DNA from: an uncultured delta proteobacterium
GTDB taxonomy: Bacteria > Desulfobacterota > Syntrophia > Syntrophales > Smithellaceae
Direction of reading: 5' to 3'
DNA length: 64,000 nt
Assembly: GCA_963753975.1 (NCBI GenBank)
Contig: CAVWEH010000005.1
Location: 544,001 to 608,000 of the forward strand
Position numbers and translations under genes: made by a program. A model generated the notes under the pieces. The model did no database searches, was not told the origin of the DNA, and saw only the letters and a program-made list of their open reading frames with translations. Positions 21,355 to 31,131 of the stretch are shown here, piece after piece (positions within the stretch are counted from its first letter, which is position 1; the number at the start of each line of letters is the position of its first letter).

Positions 21355-22815
21355 TTGAAACTTGCAGCCAAACTCGTGACAATAATTGTTTTAGGTATAA
21401 TCGTTATCTTGGCCATTGACGGTTATTTTACGGTACGACGCGACATAGATATCCTTCAGGCAAACATGAAGCGGGACGCCCAGTTAATGGGGCACGCTTT
21501 GAAGGATTTGGTAGCCGACGTGTGGCTGAAAAGCGGCCGACAGCGTGCCCTTCAGCTCATTGAACAGGCAAATAAGGAAGAGTATCTGGTAAATATACGC
21601 TGGGTTAGGCTGAACGCGCCGCCGAATGACCCTTACAGTCCGCGAGCGTCTCGAGAAAAACTTGTTGCTGTCGCACAAGGGAAAGAAGACTCCTTTAGAG
21701 AAAGAGACAATAAGGGGAATGTATATCTTTACACTTATGTTCCTCTGAAGATTAACCGGGATAAATCGGGAGCCCTGGAACTTTCCCAGTCTCTGTCCCG
21801 CCTGGATGAATATACTCACAATGCCATCGTCAGAATATTTGTACTGGCAGCTATTCTGTTATTTTTAAGCGTTATAGCTGTGTTGTCCCTTGGTTTCGGT
21901 ATGATTGGGCGGCCCCTTCATCGTCTGGTCGAGAAAATACGGCGCATAGGAGAAGGTGATCTATCGGAACCATTGCATCTTCGCGGAGGTGGTGAATTTT
22001 CCCAGTTGGCGATGGCGCTGAATACAATGTGCAAACAACTGGATGATGCCCGGGAAAAAGTTCGCAATGAGACTACTGCCCGGATTGCCGCTATAGAACA
22101 ATTGCGTCATGCCGACCGACTAAAAACAATCGGTGCACTGGCCTCCGGTTTAGCCCACGAACTTGGCACGCCCTTGAATGTCGTTTCCGGCAGGGCAGGC
22201 CTTATTGCTGCAAGAGGCCTGTCGGAAACGGAGGTCTTGGAAAGCGCAACTATCATCAGAACGCAGTCTGAACGCATGACGGCGATCATACGGCAACTTC
22301 TCAACTTTGCTCGCCGCCAATCACCTAAAAAAACTATAGTTGATCTGCGGCAGACAGTACACCAAACCATAAGCCTTATGACCCCGCTTGCCCAGAAACA
22401 AAAAGTGAAGTTGTGTTTTGCTGGTGAGGATGTCGCGGCCATGGCCAAGGTTGATGCCGGACAGATTCAGCAGGTTCTGACAAACCTTATCGTCAATGCC
22501 CTGCAGGCTACGCTTCAAGAGGGCAATGTCGAAGTGGGTATTCGTCCTGAATATGCCCAACCTCCGGAAGGAACCAAAGATGCTGTAAAAGAGTATCTCT
22601 GTGTCTATGTTCTGGACGGAGGTGAAGGAATCCCAGAAGATAATATACAACATCTCTTCGAACCTTTTTTTACGACCAAAAAAACCGCCAATGGCACCGG
22701 ACTCGGCCTTTCGATTGCTTACGGCATCATTCAAGAACATGGCGGCTGGATAGAAGTTAAGAGTAAACCGGGGCAAGGCAGTTGTTTCTCCGTCTATTTA
22801 CCGAGGGAGGTTTGA
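21355..22815 (+). CDS. HAMP-domain sensor histidine kinase
   Basis: AHELGTPL H-box, N box and EPFFTTK...GTGLGL; TTG start inferred. Confidence 0.92.
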   Translation: MKLAAKLVTIIVLGIIVILAIDGYFTVRRDIDILQANMKRDAQLMGHALKDLVADVWLKSGRQRALQLIEQANKEEYLVNIRWVRLNAPPNDPYSPRASREKLVAVAQGKEDSFRERDNKGNVYLYTYVPLKINRDKSGALELSQSLSRLDEYTHNAIVRIFVLAAILLFLSVIAVLSLGFGMIGRPLHRLVEKIRRIGEGDLSEPLHLRGGGEFSQLAMALNTMCKQLDDAREKVRNETTARIAAIEQLRHADRLKTIGALASGLAHELGTPLNVVSGRAGLIAARGLSETEVLESATIIRTQSERMTAIIRQLLNFARRQSPKKTIVDLRQTVHQTISLMTPLAQKQKVKLCFAGEDVAAMAKVDAGQIQQVLTNLIVNALQATLQEGNVEVGIRPEYAQPPEGTKDAVKEYLCVYVLDGGEGIPEDNIQHLFEPFFTTKKTANGTGLGLSIAYGIIQEHGGWIEVKSKPGQGSCFSVYLPREV

Positions 22816-22818
22816 AGC

Positions 22819-24189
22819 ATGAGTGGACACATTCTTGTTGTTGATGATGATCAAAGCATGTGTGAGCTGATCGAGGCGGATTTAAGGCACCGCGGTTTTC
22901 AGATATCCTGGTACACCTCCGCAGATAAGGCGTTCCGGGTATTGCAGGATAAGGAATTCGACGTAGTGTTGACCGATCTGCAGATGCCGGACATGGGCGG
23001 AATTGACCTTTGTGACCGTATAGTATCGAACAGGCCCGATATACCCGTCATCGTAATTACGGCATTCGGCAGCCTGGAAACAGCAATCGGAGCGATGCGC
23101 GCAGGAGCGTACGATTTTGTCACAAAGCCATTCGATATGAATATACTGGCTCTCACTCTGGAGCGTGCCCTAAAACACCATTCTCTGCAGGAGAAGGTTA
23201 AAATTCTGAGCGAAGTTGTAGAGCGCACTAAAAATTATGATGAACTGCTCGGGGCGAGCATGCCGATGCAAAATATCTATAATCAACTTTCACGAATAGC
23301 CGATTCCGAATCAACGGTTTTAATTACCGGCGAAAGCGGTACAGGCAAGGAACTTATTGCCAGGGTTTTACACCGGCAAAGCAAACGGAAATCCGGCCCC
23401 TTTGTTGCGATCAATTGTGCGGCATTAACCGAGACACTTTTAGAAAGTGAACTTTTTGGTCATACACGCGGCGCGTTCACCGATGCCCGATCGGCCCGCA
23501 AAGGTCTTTTTCTCCAGGCTGACGGAGGAACACTGCTTCTGGATGAAATCGGCGACTTTCCGTTAACCTTGCAACCCAAGCTTCTTCGCGCATTGGAAGA
23601 ACGTGCTCTTCGTCCGGTCGGGGGGGATATGGAAGTTCCTTTTGATGTAAGAGTAATCGCCACGACGAATCGTGATCTGGAATCAGCCGTAGAAAACAAA
23701 TTGTTTCGCGAAGACCTCTTCTTTCGTATCAACGTTATACAGGTTGAACTGCCTCCTCTTAGTGCGCGGGGAACGGATATTCTGCTCCTGGCGCAGCATT
23801 TCATAGAACAGTTTGCAATGCGGATCGGCAAACAGGTATCGGGTCTATCCAATGCCGTAGCCGAGAAGCTTCTTGATTATGCATGGCCGGGGAACGTACG
23901 AGAATTGAGAAATGCCATCGAACGCGCTGTGGCATTGACACAATATGAAAAACTCGTTGTCGAGGATCTACCGGAGAAAATTCGTTCGTATCGCGGTACG
24001 GATATGATTATCAGCAGTAACGCTGCCGAACTTGTTTCCATGGAAGAAGCAGAGCGGCGTTATATACTTCATGTTCTGAAGGCCGTTGGCGGTAACAAAA
24101 CTCACGCTGCGCGATTGCTGGGTTTCGATCGGAAAACTTTATATCGCAAATTGCAATGTTATGGAGCAATCGGCGACGATAAGGTATAA
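22819..24189 (+). CDS. Sigma54-dependent response regulator (NtrC/ZraR/AtoC family)
   Basis: REC domain, [22 protein letters not shown] and Fis-type HTH. Confidence 0.93.
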   Translation: MSGHILVVDDDQSMCELIEADLRHRGFQISWYTSADKAFRVLQDKEFDVVLTDLQMPDMGGIDLCDRIVSNRPDIPVIVITAFGSLETAIGAMRAGAYDFVTKPFDMNILALTLERALKHHSLQEKVKILSEVVERTKNYDELLGASMPMQNIYNQLSRIADSESTVLITGESGTGKELIARVLHRQSKRKSGPFVAINCAALTETLLESELFGHTRGAFTDARSARKGLFLQADGGTLLLDEIGDFPLTLQPKLLRALEERALRPVGGDMEVPFDVRVIATTNRDLESAVENKLFREDLFFRINVIQVELPPLSARGTDILLLAQHFIEQFAMRIGKQVSGLSNAVAEKLLDYAWPGNVRELRNAIERAVALTQYEKLVVEDLPEKIRSYRGTDMIISSNAAELVSMEEAERRYILHVLKAVGGNKTHAARLLGFDRKTLYRKLQCYGAIGDDKV

Positions 24190-24489
24190 TATTCACGAAT
24201 TCTTAAATAACCTTGTTAATGAGGAAACAGCAATTGCTCGCGGAAACAACAATCACCATATTATAGCAACGTAGCGGGGTTGCTTGCGGCAAACCTGCTT
24301 TATACCGCAGATGTAGTGGACGGCGGGAACCAAAGGGGCATTTGTCTACGGTGCGGCATTATGTCTCTTAAAAGCTGTCCTGCTGGAAGTGCTTATTCGG
24401 GGTTCAAGAAAGCTTTATTTCGTCTTTCCTGCTTTGTATGTATTCATTATCCTTGCAGATTTTAAAATTCAAATCATTTTGCCTTCCCG

Positions 24490-24506
24490 TTGGCATTCTC
24501 TTTGCT
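24490..24506 (+). promoter_or_regulatory. Sigma54 (-24/-12) promoter
   Basis: TTGGCATTCTCTTTGCT; tandem GGCATT(A)TGTCT candidate enhancer sites at about 24336-24367. Confidence 0.75.
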
Positions 24507-24614
24507 TCTTAATCTCTATAAATTAAGTAAGAAATAAAAAAGAGTCGGTTAAACAAATAATTAATTTTGTTCCGCGTGACAAAGCGGCAGAAATTAAAAT
24601 TAAGGAAAGAAAAT

Positions 24615-25067
24615 ATGGCAGAGATGAAAACCCGTAAGGGAACAAAAAATCAATTATTGAGTAAAGTTTCTTTAAAAAAGAAAATCCCACGGATTCTATT
24701 GGCGGAAGATAATCATGACATGCGCAAGCTCCTGGCGATGTCACTGCGCAAAAACGGCTATGAGGTTGCCGAATTTGCCGATGGTCCCAGTATGCTTGAC
24801 CACTATTTTTCCGTTTCTTCTATCCAAAAAGGGGCGGCTTTCGATTTAGTCATCTCCGATGTCAGAATGCCCGGCCTTACCGGTATAGAGATTGTTGAAG
24901 GCATGTATGATCACAAAGGATTTCCTCCGGTAGTTTTGATTACGGCATTTGGTGATGAAGACACACATGCACAAGCGCAGCGCCTTGGGGTTGTAGCTAT
25001 GTTTGATAAGCCTTTTGATATCGACGACCTGATTGCCAAGGTGCAAGAAATAGTGCCTTCTTACTAG
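24615..25067 (+). CDS. Single-domain response regulator
   Basis: ILLAEDN, SDVRMP, ITAFG and KPF. Confidence 0.88.
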   Translation: MAEMKTRKGTKNQLLSKVSLKKKIPRILLAEDNHDMRKLLAMSLRKNGYEVAEFADGPSMLDHYFSVSSIQKGAAFDLVISDVRMPGLTGIEIVEGMYDHKGFPPVVLITAFGDEDTHAQAQRLGVVAMFDKPFDIDDLIAKVQEIVPSY

Positions 25068-25160
25068 TTGTTCCTGTAAATAAGTTGCACGGCTGAATGC
25101 GCTTAGGGATTTTTTGTTTATCGTGCGGTAGAAGGGATAAAACTAAAAGGACAAAGTATA

Positions 25161-25964
25161 ATGAATAAGAAACATAATCTTGGAATTATAAATAAAATTA
25201 AAGTACCAATTCGACCGATAACGATAATCTATGTCTCTATCTTGGCGGCTCTCTATACACTAATTATTTGTACGCCATACCTGATATCCAATGCGACTTT
25301 GCTGAAAAGCCATATCTTCGTCGGGGAAGAATTTGTTGAAGGATTATTGATAAGCGTGCTTCTGGCCATTAGTCTTTTTGTTTTGTCCCGCTACAGAAAA
25401 ATACTTGATAGGTACCGCAGCCAGATTAAAGAATTGGCGATTAAAAAAACAGATGTAGAAAACAAATTGAACGATGCCTTCAAGTATATTGGCGCTGTGA
25501 ATGTCCAGGTTAAGGAAGTTCAATCCTGGTTTTCATCAATCGAAAAATACCCAAAGGATAAGAAAGACTTTAAAAATAGTTTAAATATCTTGGCGCAAAA
25601 GGTTTTATGTGTGGCAAACGCAGAATGGGTCATATTTAGAATCATTAATGTAGATAGTCTCAGAACGTTGCGGGAGTATAGCGGAACAAGGGGGGAAGTT
25701 GTTTTGCTGAAACATAATATTAGCAATAGCTCTATCGTTAATAATGAATCTATAGACAAATGCAGTATTGTAAGCTCTGAGCAGAAAAATTTAACTATTA
25801 AAGTGTTTTGTATCATCCCATCCGAAGCACTGACAGAAACGCAGAAAACTCTTATCAAGACTATCGTCGGCTCATTGGAAATGCTTTTCATTGTTTTTAC
25901 ATCACAATACTTCCGCAAGAGTTATTTCAAGCCAGAGGTTTTCAATCATGCCGGATCGATGTAA
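25161..25964 (+). CDS. Hypothetical membrane protein (2 TM plus coiled coil)
   Basis: 267-aa AT-rich ORF with SD AAGGA. Confidence 0.7.
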   Translation: MNKKHNLGIINKIKVPIRPITIIYVSILAALYTLIICTPYLISNATLLKSHIFVGEEFVEGLLISVLLAISLFVLSRYRKILDRYRSQIKELAIKKTDVENKLNDAFKYIGAVNVQVKEVQSWFSSIEKYPKDKKDFKNSLNILAQKVLCVANAEWVIFRIINVDSLRTLREYSGTRGEVVLLKHNISNSSIVNNESIDKCSIVSSEQKNLTIKVFCIIPSEALTETQKTLIKTIVGSLEMLFIVFTSQYFRKSYFKPEVFNHAGSM

Positions 25965-26033
25965 GTATTTTAGTTATTAAGATAGATGAAATTCATTAGT
26001 TGATGAAATTCAGTAGTTAAGGGAGATATTATC

Positions 26034-27467
26034 ATGGAAAGAAAAAATTTAAGAATTGTTTTAGCCACATTATTCGTATCAATTTTGGTTGTAGCTTCGA
26101 GTTTTATCATCGCCTCATATGGCAACGGTGTTGAAGACGCCGGCGCCATCGTTGGTTTCCCTCAGTCTTTTGCTCAACTTGCCAAACAAGTCACGCCTGC
26201 AGTCGTTAACATCAGTACAACAGCGACTGTCATGGTTCCTGGGAATCCTTTCAAGCAATTTTTTGGTCAACATAATGACCCATTTGAAGATTTCTACGGG
26301 CAATTTTTTGATAATGTTCCAGACAGCAAAATGAAGCAGCAAAGTCTTGGTTCGGGATTCATCGTTGATAAAGAGGGCAACATCATAACCAACAATCATG
26401 TCGTTTCCGGTGCTGATAAAATCGTCGTTAAACTTTCCAATGGTAAAGAATACACAGCAAAGGTAATTGGAAGAGATAGTAAAACGGATTTGGCGCTAAT
26501 CAAAATTTCACCATTTTTTAAAGATATGCCTGCCCTTCCCCTTGGTGATTCCGACAGCATGCGGGTGGGAGACTGGGTGCTGGCCGTAGGAAATCCTTTT
26601 GGTCTGGAGCATACGGTGACACAGGGCATTATCAGCGCATCCGGAAGGGTCATTGGTTCCGGTCCTTATGACAACTTTCTTCAAACCGATGCGCCTATCA
26701 ATCCGGGCAACAGCGGAGGGCCCTTGGTCAATTTGAAAGGAGAGGTGATAGGGATCAACACAGCTATTATTGCATCAGGACAAGGTATCGGATTTGCAAT
26801 TCCCAGCAACACAGCAAAGACAGTCATTGCCCAGCTCAGAGATAAAGGCAAAGTGGTCAGGGGATGGATAGGGGTGTCCATTCAGTCGGTAACCCCTTCT
26901 CTTGCGCCCGCTTTTGGACTCGAAAAACCGGTAGGAGCTCTTGTTGCCGAAGTCGTTCCCGGCGGACCTGCTGAAAAGGGCGGTGTTAAGCAGGGAGATG
27001 TTATAACCTTTTTTGACGGAAAAGACGTGAAATCTTCGTCGGATCTTCCCTGGCTTGTTGCTGAAACGCCTGTGGGCAAGACAGTTGAAGTGAAAGTGTT
27101 GCGTCAGGGCAAAGAGGTGGATCTCAAGGTGACAGTGGAAGAGATGACGGAACAGAGGGTTGCCTCGCAGATGGAGAAACCTCGCCATGATTATGGCCTT
27201 GCCGTTGATAATATAAAGCCTCAATGGAGAAAGAAATTTGCGATCACAGTGCCTTCAGGAGTTGTTGTAACAGATGTGGTATCGGGGAGTCCGGGGGATG
27301 ACGCAGGAATACAGACCGGAGATGTAATCCGGGAAGTGAATAAGAAACCTGTCAAAGATTTAAGTGATTACCGGAAAGAAATAGAAAAAGCGGGGCCTGA
27401 TAAGAGTGTTCTCTTCTTGCTTAATCGGGGCGATCAGGCCTTCTATGTTTCGATCAAGGTGTCGTAA
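26034..27467 (+). CDS. degP: DegP/DegQ (HtrA) periplasmic serine protease with two PDZ domains
   Basis: TNNHVV, DLALIK and INPGNSGGPL. Confidence 0.92.
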   Translation: MERKNLRIVLATLFVSILVVASSFIIASYGNGVEDAGAIVGFPQSFAQLAKQVTPAVVNISTTATVMVPGNPFKQFFGQHNDPFEDFYGQFFDNVPDSKMKQQSLGSGFIVDKEGNIITNNHVVSGADKIVVKLSNGKEYTAKVIGRDSKTDLALIKISPFFKDMPALPLGDSDSMRVGDWVLAVGNPFGLEHTVTQGIISASGRVIGSGPYDNFLQTDAPINPGNSGGPLVNLKGEVIGINTAIIASGQGIGFAIPSNTAKTVIAQLRDKGKVVRGWIGVSIQSVTPSLAPAFGLEKPVGALVAEVVPGGPAEKGGVKQGDVITFFDGKDVKSSSDLPWLVAETPVGKTVEVKVLRQGKEVDLKVTVEEMTEQRVASQMEKPRHDYGLAVDNIKPQWRKKFAITVPSGVVVTDVVSGSPGDDAGIQTGDVIREVNKKPVKDLSDYRKEIEKAGPDKSVLFLLNRGDQAFYVSIKVS

Positions 27468-27542
27468 ATCTTAACGGGTCTTGACAAGAGGAGACCCTTA
27501 ATAAATGCACACAATTTATAAATTTAAAGAAAGGAGAAAAGT

Positions 27543-28091
27543 GTGAAAAGAATAAATTTGTTTTTTGTAGTGATTATTGCTATGCTTAGCACAATTTTCA
27601 TTCTGCTTGCGGGGTGCGCGAAGAAGGAACTGGTAAGCGAAAGTTCAGAGCAGCCGCAAAATGAAATGAAACAAGAAGCGGCAAAACCCAATGTTCCGGT
27701 AACTGAAGAAAAAGCAGTACAACCGGCGAGCGAAAGCGGACAAAAAATTGCGGCAACCGCGGAATTAAAAGACATCCATTTTGATTTTGATAAGTATAAC
27801 CTGCGACCGGAAGATAGAGCAATTTTAAGCACCCATGCCGACTGGCTGCTGAAAAATGCCGACTATAAAGTAAAGATAGAAGGCAACTGTGATGAAAGAG
27901 GAACGGAAGAATATAATATGGCGCTGGGTCAGAGAAGAGCGGATGAGGCTAAAGAATATCTTCTTAATATGGGTATTGCCAAAAAAAGAATTTCCACCAT
28001 TAGTTACGGCAAGGACAGACCTTTAGATCCCGGCCATGATGAAGAAGCGTGGGCAAAAAACAGAAGGGATGATTTTGTACTGAGCAAGTAA
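27543..28091 (+). CDS. pal: Peptidoglycan-associated lipoprotein
   Basis: Lipobox LAGC; DERGTEEYNMALGQRRA, SYGK and AKNRR. Confidence 0.92.
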   Translation: MKRINLFFVVIIAMLSTIFILLAGCAKKELVSESSEQPQNEMKQEAAKPNVPVTEEKAVQPASESGQKIAATAELKDIHFDFDKYNLRPEDRAILSTHADWLLKNADYKVKIEGNCDERGTEEYNMALGQRRADEAKEYLLNMGIAKKRISTISYGKDRPLDPGHDEEAWAKNRRDDFVLSK

Positions 28092-28105
28092 AAGATTAAA
28101 TCGAG

Positions 28106-28148
28106 TGCGTCATCTGCAAATACCAAAAAAGCATTTGCAGATGACGCA
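28106..28148. terminator. Strong hairpin (16-bp perfect stem) downstream of pal
   Basis: TGCGTCATCTGCAAAT / ATTTGCAGATGACGCA; lacks a U-tract, so it may be an mRNA stabiliser. Confidence 0.55.
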
Positions 28149-28186
28149 TAAAGCAGAACCAAACTTTTTATTGGAAAATTCAATAA

Positions 28187-28552
28187 ATGAACTTCAATGA
28201 TGCATCATTATATGTGCTTTTAGGCTTACTCGCCGGATTTTTAAGTGGTCTGATCGGTATCGGCGGCGGAACGATCATCGTACCGGTTTTAGTTCTTTAT
28301 TTTGGTCTTTCACAGAAACTTGCCCAGGGAACCACTTTGGCCATGCTCATACCGCCTGTTGGTATTTTAGCGGCGTGGACATATTATAAGCAAGGCTATG
28401 TTGATTTTTCCATTGCCTTACTGATTTGCCTCGGTTTCATTTTTGGCGGTTTGATCGGAGCTAAACTAGCCACGGGCTTGTCCAACATAATGCTGGAAAA
28501 GATATTTGGCGTCGCCTTACTTATTATTGCGATAAAAATGATTTTTGCGTAG
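28187..28552 (+). CDS. TauE/SafE-family membrane protein (half-size)
   Basis: GLIGIGGG..VP and AQGTTL. Confidence 0.85.
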   Translation: MNFNDASLYVLLGLLAGFLSGLIGIGGGTIIVPVLVLYFGLSQKLAQGTTLAMLIPPVGILAAWTYYKQGYVDFSIALLICLGFIFGGLIGAKLATGLSNIMLEKIFGVALLIIAIKMIFA

Positions 28553-28566
28553 CCAAGCAACTGAAA

Positions 28567-28647
28567 ACTGTATTTAGGAACAGAAAAAAGCCGCGTTTAG
28601 TAATGTAAGCGCGGCTTTTATTTTGGATTGGAATAAGTGTAACGAAT
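28567..28647 (+). repeat. Direct repeat copy 2 (terminator) overlapping a second direct repeat
   Basis: Left part matches 21168-21227; right part GCTTTTATTTTGGATTG..GTGTAACGAAT matches 29917-29949. Confidence 0.8.
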
Positions 28648-28650
28648 GGG

Positions 28651-29847
28651 TTAGATTCTTGCATTGCTGTCACCCGGGGAAATAGCCCGATTGACTGCCG
28701 GAATGCGCCTAATAGCGGCTGTTATGCTCCAGCTTAACGCCAGCGTTCCAATAAATACAATGGTACCTTTCTCTATAGCGGTAAACGTTGTATTAAGAAG
28801 AGCATATTGCAGCCAAATTACGAATACATAATGAATAAGATATATCCCATATGCGTTATTGTGCAGGCTATCGAACACTCTTCTGCGTTTGTTTGCAAAA
28901 CGAAGAAATAGAGAGAGAAAGAAAAGTCCGCTGGCAGCACAGGATAGAATAAAGGCGAAGCCGTAGAGAACTTGCCATGTAGACGATGCAGGGAAGGCAT
29001 AAAATTTTCCGAAGGCAATAATATCGAACAAATAAAATATCAGTGCTGCGACAAACCAGACTGGCCAACGCTTCACCAGCAGGCCATCCCGGGCGAGTAA
29101 ACTTTGATTGATGCCGTAAGCACCAACAGCGAGACCAGCGATGAAGTAGATTGCATACAAGAGCACGCGGCTGGTTTGGACCTGAAAGGGACCAAAACTG
29201 GCCCAGTGATGGTAGCCGAAACTGAACAACATCGGGAAATAGGCGATAGCAGATACAGCCACCAGGACACAAAAAAACAACAGTGGACGCCGCAATGACC
29301 ACAAGAATCTCTTTCCAAGGGCATCGCCCCATCCGGAAATAAACTTTCGCAACAGCACTACAATAAAATTGAACAACAGTAACAAAGACAAAAACCAAAA
29401 AGGGCCACTTGGCCAATAATCAAGAGATATCCATTGCTCCCAGAAGGCGAGAAAACTCGGATCGGCGCCTGTTATCCGATAGGATGGATAGTAGGCAAGA
29501 GGTATCAGGAAAATTACAACTATGGCAAAGGGCAACCCCAGACGCAGACAGCGGTCACGCAGGAATTTGCGATTTCCTTTTCGGGTGAGGCTCGGCCAGA
29601 CAAACAAGCCTGATATGAAAAACAACAGAGCCATGAAAAATTGAGCATTGAATTCGGTGAAGAGATTGAACCCTAACCACCGCTGAGAGTCGATGATCGG
29701 CAAGGCGGCCCAGATATAAGGTTTAGCGGCGAAGGTAGCAGAAGGAGAAGGTATGGAAACCATATACGCCAAGGCTGAATGGTATGCCAGCACCAGTAAG
29801 ATAACGAAAGCCTGCAGATAACCGAGTGCCACATTGTGTTTCTTCAT
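28651..29847 (-). CDS. Acyltransferase-3 family membrane protein (OpgC/MdoC-like)
   Basis: FFMALLFFISG, RCLRLGLP, WFL and YGIYLIH motifs; multi-TM. Confidence 0.85.
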   Translation of the reverse strand: MKKHNVALGYLQAFVILLVLAYHSALAYMVSIPSPSATFAAKPYIWAALPIIDSQRWLGFNLFTEFNAQFFMALLFFISGLFVWPSLTRKGNRKFLRDRCLRLGLPFAIVVIFLIPLAYYPSYRITGADPSFLAFWEQWISLDYWPSGPFWFLSLLLLFNFIVVLLRKFISGWGDALGKRFLWSLRRPLLFFCVLVAVSAIAYFPMLFSFGYHHWASFGPFQVQTSRVLLYAIYFIAGLAVGAYGINQSLLARDGLLVKRWPVWFVAALIFYLFDIIAFGKFYAFPASSTWQVLYGFAFILSCAASGLFFLSLFLRFANKRRRVFDSLHNNAYGIYLIHYVFVIWLQYALLNTTFTAIEKGTIVFIGTLALSWSITAAIRRIPAVNRAISPGDSNARI

Positions 29848-29938
29848 TATTTTGAGCTCCCGTCAGCAGGATATTATGCTAAGTTAATTTAAAATCACAA
29901 ATCAACAAGGCCTACAGCTTTTATTTTGGATTGAAATA

Positions 29939-29994
29939 GTGTAACGAATAATCACCGATGATTGTAAGCCGTCCGGTGGATGTCTTGGTCAGGA
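29939..29994 (-). other. Degenerate attC site
   Basis: Minus strand TCCTGAC-CAAGAC-ATC(C)ACCG...CGGTGAT-TATTC-GTTACAC, 31 bp after the stop of ORF 30026-30553. Confidence 0.65.
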
Positions 29995-30025
29995 AACACC
30001 ATGGCATATTCATTTTTGCATCATT

Positions 30026-30553
30026 TTAGCTGTCAAGGAGCATATCTAGTCTTTTTTCACATTCGTCTAAAATTATCATGGTTTCGTTTGCGGAAGCCAG
30101 AAATTCTTCAAAAGTTATCACTCCCGAAGTCACTGCATTGGTAAAAATAGAAGCAGCTTGTCTTTGTTTTAATTTAACTTCTAAATATCTTTTATATGAT
30201 AGTATTGCTTCTGATAAACGTTTTGGGTTGCCAATAAATCGCTCCCGCAATCTTATGAATTTTTCATTGACTTTTTGCCCATGGGTTTTCGATGCTTTGG
30301 CTTCAGCAATGCGTTCTTTTAATTCACTTTCACTACTATGATCTCTAAAAAATCCATCTTCGGATTCCCATTTCTTTAGATTCTCAACTGCCAATTCAAT
30401 ATCTTTATCTAACATTACTTGTAGCTTATCGTATTTTGATTGAATATCACTAATCAACTTAGCAACAAAGAATGGACGATAAATATATAGGCCGATTTTT
30501 AGTAGAAAATATATAACGATTCCTGAAAGAACAATGATTAAAACGAGGTTCAA
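30026..30553 (-). CDS. Cassette-borne hypothetical protein (N-terminal TM plus coiled coil)
   Basis: Low-GC orphan ORF between a GTTAGAA core site and an attC. Confidence 0.7.
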   Translation of the reverse strand: MNLVLIIVLSGIVIYFLLKIGLYIYRPFFVAKLISDIQSKYDKLQVMLDKDIELAVENLKKWESEDGFFRDHSSESELKERIAEAKASKTHGQKVNEKFIRLRERFIGNPKRLSEAILSYKRYLEVKLKQRQAASIFTNAVTSGVITFEEFLASANETMIILDECEKRLDMLLDS

Positions 30554-30592
30554 ATTGTCCCCCTAATCATATTTGGTAATAAGAAATCTACT

Positions 30593-30615
30593 TTCTAACA
30601 ACGTTTATATGTATC
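30593..30615 (-). other. attI-like site, copy 2 (GATACATATAAACGTT-G/TTAGAA)
   Basis: 15 of 19 bases identical to 3177-3195; precedes a cassette gene. Confidence 0.6.
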
Positions 30616-30657
30616 TTATATCACGGGCATGAAACTTGTCATCAGCAACATACTGGA

Positions 30658-30849
30658 CTAGATGGACATTTTCTTTGGATAGCGCCCGTTATCATCGAGT
30701 TCAGATACATCTATTTCTTTAGCCGTATCCATAAGCGGGGTGCAGCCAAATCTTTTGATGGTTTCAAGAGTTGCCATACGCTTAGAACGAATTATTTGAT
30801 CGGTGACTATATGATAGCCTGTGAAATAATACACAATTATTTTTGACAT
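30658..30849 (-). CDS. Small hypothetical protein
   Basis: 63-aa ORF between two copies of the attI-like repeat. Confidence 0.55.
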   Translation of the reverse strand: MSKIIVYYFTGYHIVTDQIIRSKRMATLETIKRFGCTPLMDTAKEIDVSELDDNGRYPKKMSI

Positions 30850-30893
30850 AATCAAATTTCTTTATTTACTACCCTTTGTTGCAAACTGGCGTA

Positions 30894-30916
30894 TTCTAAC
30901 AATGTTCATCTGTATC
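30894..30916 (-). other. attI-like site, copy 3 (GATACAGATGAACATT-G/TTAGAA)
   Basis: 20 of 23 bases identical to 30593-30615. Confidence 0.6.
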
Positions 30917-31094
30917 ACGGGTATGAACCCTGATTCAGCAGCACGCTGCAGGGTATCATACTCGTGCTTATGCGGGATCAATTCCACTTGCGCTTCAAAC
31001 TTCGCTTTGTTCGTTTTACCACGGCGCTATGCGCCTAGTATAATTCGTCCAGCAAACTTCAGTGCACTTTGTTTCTGAAGTTTGGGTCTCATTA
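30914..31094. repeat. Composite palindromic repeat (families B+A)
   Basis: ATCACGGGTATRAACC...GATTCMGCRGCA..TRCRGGGTAT...TGCTTATG...CAAACTTC..GAAGTTTG..TCATTA, co-linear with 52194-52328. Confidence 0.75.
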
Positions 31095-31131
31095 TCAGCA
31101 AGTGTCATTAATTCGACTTACAAATTCCACT

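Noticed and set aside
24270..24335. Hairpin containing GGCAAAC as a c-di-GMP-I riboswitch
   Set aside because: Lacks the GNRA loop and the downstream conserved GCAAAG segment.
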